Shown piece by piece: positions 60,917-64,000 of a stretch of DNA of 64,000 nt. The notes under the pieces are model-generated. The model made no database searches. It had not been told where the DNA came from and saw only the letters and a program-made list of their open reading frames with translations. Made by a program: the position numbers and the translations under genes. This stretch comes from Amoebophrya sp. A120 (taxonomy: Eukaryota; Protista; Dinoflagellata): positions 9,187,412 through 9,251,411 of the forward strand of contig CAJINV010000002.1 in the NCBI GenBank assembly GCA_905178155.1, given 5' to 3'. Within the stretch, counting starts at the first letter, position 1. Every line of letters begins with the position of its first letter.

Positions 60917-63900
60917 ATGTCGACGCCAGAAAAGAAGAGCAGTCCCGCCGAAGATCTTTCTGCAGTAGATGCAGATGGAGCTGCGGCTCCTGGCGTACCG
61001 CAAGAGGAACATCAAGCTGAGGAAGTAGATCCGAGTCTAAATTTGCTCTCAAATACTAACCAGGAGGAGGAACAAGCTGTGGACTACTACAATCTTGATT
61101 CCAATGTGGACACGACGCAAGCGCAGCAGCAGGAGCAGCTTCAAGAAGGGCTACGCCAGCAAGGTCCCCCTAGTCCGACGTCGCACCATGCCTCCTCTCC
61201 CGGAGGTGGATCCCCGGATCGGGGCAGCGTGGTGAGCGGGTTTGAGTCCATGCTCCGGCAGTTGCAGGAGGGAGTGCAGGGTGACTCGGACGAGCTGGAG
61301 GAATCCGTGTCCGATTCTCAAGAACTATCGCCAGAAGAAGACGAGGATGACGACGGAAACATGAACGAAAGCGACGAAAACAAGTTCACAACTGAGGACG
61401 AGCGGAATTTTCTGCAGCTGGCTGGCATGCAAAATCCACAGCTCGTTCTCCCGCCGGGTACTATGGTCAATCCAGGAGGACCAGCAGTTGGAGTTGCCCC
61501 CCCGGGATCTCCACCGGCGCCGCTGGTGAACTTCGACCGCTTTCACTTTTCCGCCGAGGACGTGCAGCGACGAGAGTCCGTGTTGTGGGCCCGCATCAAC
61601 GAGTTAGAGAAAGAGTTGCAAGTTTTGCAACTGGAAGACATCAGTCAACAGGGCGGCAGCAGCAAAAACACGACGGAGGAGCACGTGGTGGCTGGAGGCG
61701 CTCCAGGAGGACGGCGGAGCGGTTCGCTCCCAGGGGATAAGAGCGGGGGAAGAAGTAGCGGTCCGAAGCATGCTTTTGATAACGCCGATGAAGACCACGC
61801 CCTGCGGCAGCAAATCGCCAGCACCGGAGATCAGATCGTCGGCGTAGATCCCATGGGTATTCTTGCACAACTTCTACGCTAGAAATTTATAGAGTGCAGT
61901 ACAAGTACAGTCATGTAATAAAAATCCATCCTTTATCGCTCGGTTTTGAACTCGTAGCCGTAGGCACCTCCAACATGCTTAGTTCTCCATTGGCCCTGCT
62001 ATGCGTTCCGAACAAGAACTTCGCCGCATTTCACTTAGAGACCAGACGTCAAAAATAGACATACGACAAAGCAAGAGCAACCCTTTTTAACTATACAACC
62101 AGGTGGCTTGATGAGCAGTCCGAACCGGGAGCACTTGTTGTTGAAAGACCAGCACCCCGTCTTATCGCAAATCCAAGAAGAGCAGAGCGGCCTCGATCAA
62201 GACTACGACGCTAATGTGGGCACCACCTCCGAGTCCGACCTGGCACCCTCCTCGAACAAAAAAGCGCCGGTGATGGTGGAAAGTAACACACCCACCGACT
62301 ACCTCCCTGCACCGGTGTACATGGACGCGGACACCGATAAGGAGTTGCAATTGCTGAACCTGCGCAACGGCTTACCGCGGTACGCGCACCGCACGAAGAT
62401 GTCCGATTTGCAGATCATGTCGACGGACTTCGGGCCGGCGGCTTCCTCTGGCGGGCCCGAATCTTCGCAGCTCGTCGTCCCGTATCCCAGTGCGGCAACG
62501 AAGCAGCAGGGATTACCGACCACGGTCCAGATGACCACGGGGGGGCTCGGCTCCACCACCGTGCCGACCGACACGGAGGTGTCCCACGCAACGACGAAGC
62601 GGTCCGAGGCGGATCAGGAATCGCTGCACGATACTAACCTCATTTCCTCGTCGAAGGCTGCCTTTGGTAGTACTACAACTAGTAGTGCCAACGTGGTTGA
62701 CCACAGTGCCGGCCCGGCCAGTACTAGCACCGCAAGGCTCAGGGGTCCACCCACGACCAGCTCGTCCGCTGTTCCCACTAGTTCTACTTTCACGAGCAGC
62801 ATCAGTTCCTTGATGACGAAGCACGATTTCACGGAGGCGCAGACATTCATGCTGAACCTCGCAGTAAAAGCGAAGGATGAGGCGATTCAGCAGAACAATG
62901 TGGACCGGCTGACGGTAGAGATGAAGCGGGAGAAGCAGCTGAAGAAGTATATCACGGAAAACTCGATGCTGAAGGGTCAAATTATGCAAATGCAGCACGA
63001 ACTTGGCTCCCTCCAAATGGTGCAACAAAGTCGAGAGGAAATGTGGTCGAAAACCTTCCAAGACTGCCAAAAGGTACTACAGTTCACTAGGAAAGAACTA
63101 CCAGCACAAATTTTTCTTTTTTCTGGTCTACTCGTCAATGCAGTGTAAGGTGTATCTATGCTCTTTGATGTTATTTTTTCTTGAAGAAATCTATATCAGC
63201 CGCAGGCGCAGCTTTTGAATTTGATAAACGTAAACCGTATTTATCCACACCATTGACCACCTCCAGGCTCTCGCCACGATGCATTTGCACCACGAGCGAC
63301 TGCGGCAGGCACTACAAATCGCGGACCCGCACGCTGCCGCACAATTGCTTGCGAACGAAAAGCATTCGATCAGCGGTTCGCTACCGCCAATGTCCGTCAG
63401 CGGGGTGCCCACGGGAGCGTTCATTCCGACGCCGATGTTGTCTGACTTCACGGAAGGCACTATGACCCAACGCTCGGCGACCGGAACCTCCAAGGCTCGC
63501 GGAAGCGCGTCGGTCGCCCCGCAACAGACGCTGACCGGGTATCGTGGCGGTGCGGCCGGGCTCAGTGCCTTGGCTGTGCAGCAGAGCGCCACTGGAGCGG
63601 CGGACGCAGCGATGAATATCGCGGTACCGACAGCCTCCGCCCACATCCGGCGCGACGTGCTGGTGCAGCCTTCGCGGGGTGGAACAAGCCGCAGCAATGC
63701 CGGCAGTAGGTTTGCGAAGGTCCTTGCCACCCCCTCCGAGCACGTTCCGCCAGCTGGAGGCTTCGGCGAACAGCAGGCTTCCGAACTGAATACCAGGTCG
63801 TTTGGAGGACCAACAGCCTCCTCCACCGATCAGGGCACTCGACGGTCGGCGAATGTGCGGCGCGCTCCGGACGATCAGCAGCCCGTGGAGCTGACGGCAG

Positions 63901-64000
63901 AGGAGAAGCAGCGGCAACTCGACCGGATTATCTCCGAGGTGGTCAATTCCGCGTCCAGCTCCGCCACGGAAACAGACTCCTCCAAGCAGACGCCCGGCGC
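60917..64000 (+). CDS. Hypothetical acidic/disordered protein with coiled-coil segments, 3' partial
   Basis: ORFs 60917..61882 and 62108..63148 plus an open GC-rich frame from about 63267 to the window end, separated by AT-rich intron-like gaps (about 61857-62102 and 63073-63266). Confidence 0.65.

Overview
Eukaryotic, intron-containing genomic DNA, most likely an alveolate of the parasitic dinoflagellate (Syndiniales, Amoebophrya-like) type. This assignment is an inference from gene architecture and intron type. All 11 supportable protein-coding genes lie on the + strand: a huge Ser-rich WD40/WDR62-like protein, an FBF1-like coiled-coil protein, pinin, an Erf4/GOLGA7-like small membrane protein, a CAP-Gly dynactin p150-like protein, a possible AP2-domain gene and several hypothetical proteins. 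The main feature is a set of 12 short (235-463 bp) non-autonomous elements from at least 5 families inserted in coding exons. They have TAT...ATA termini (one copy ends AGA), roughly 30-50 bp terminal inverted repeats and exact 5-bp target-site duplications (TSDs). Removing each element plus one TSD restores the reading frame in all 12 cases, but only 2 can be read as GT-AG introns. They occur in both orientations, and the families share a dispersed internal TGTNATGC motif. They behave as transposon-derived non-canonical introns (introners). Also present are a 1063-bp foldback/MULE-like element with a 9-bp TSD inside a canonical intron, a 194-bp insertion nested in one introner, a 2.4-kb GC-rich intron and short TTTAGGG-like tracts. 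Coordinates were counted by hand and gene models have no transcript support.
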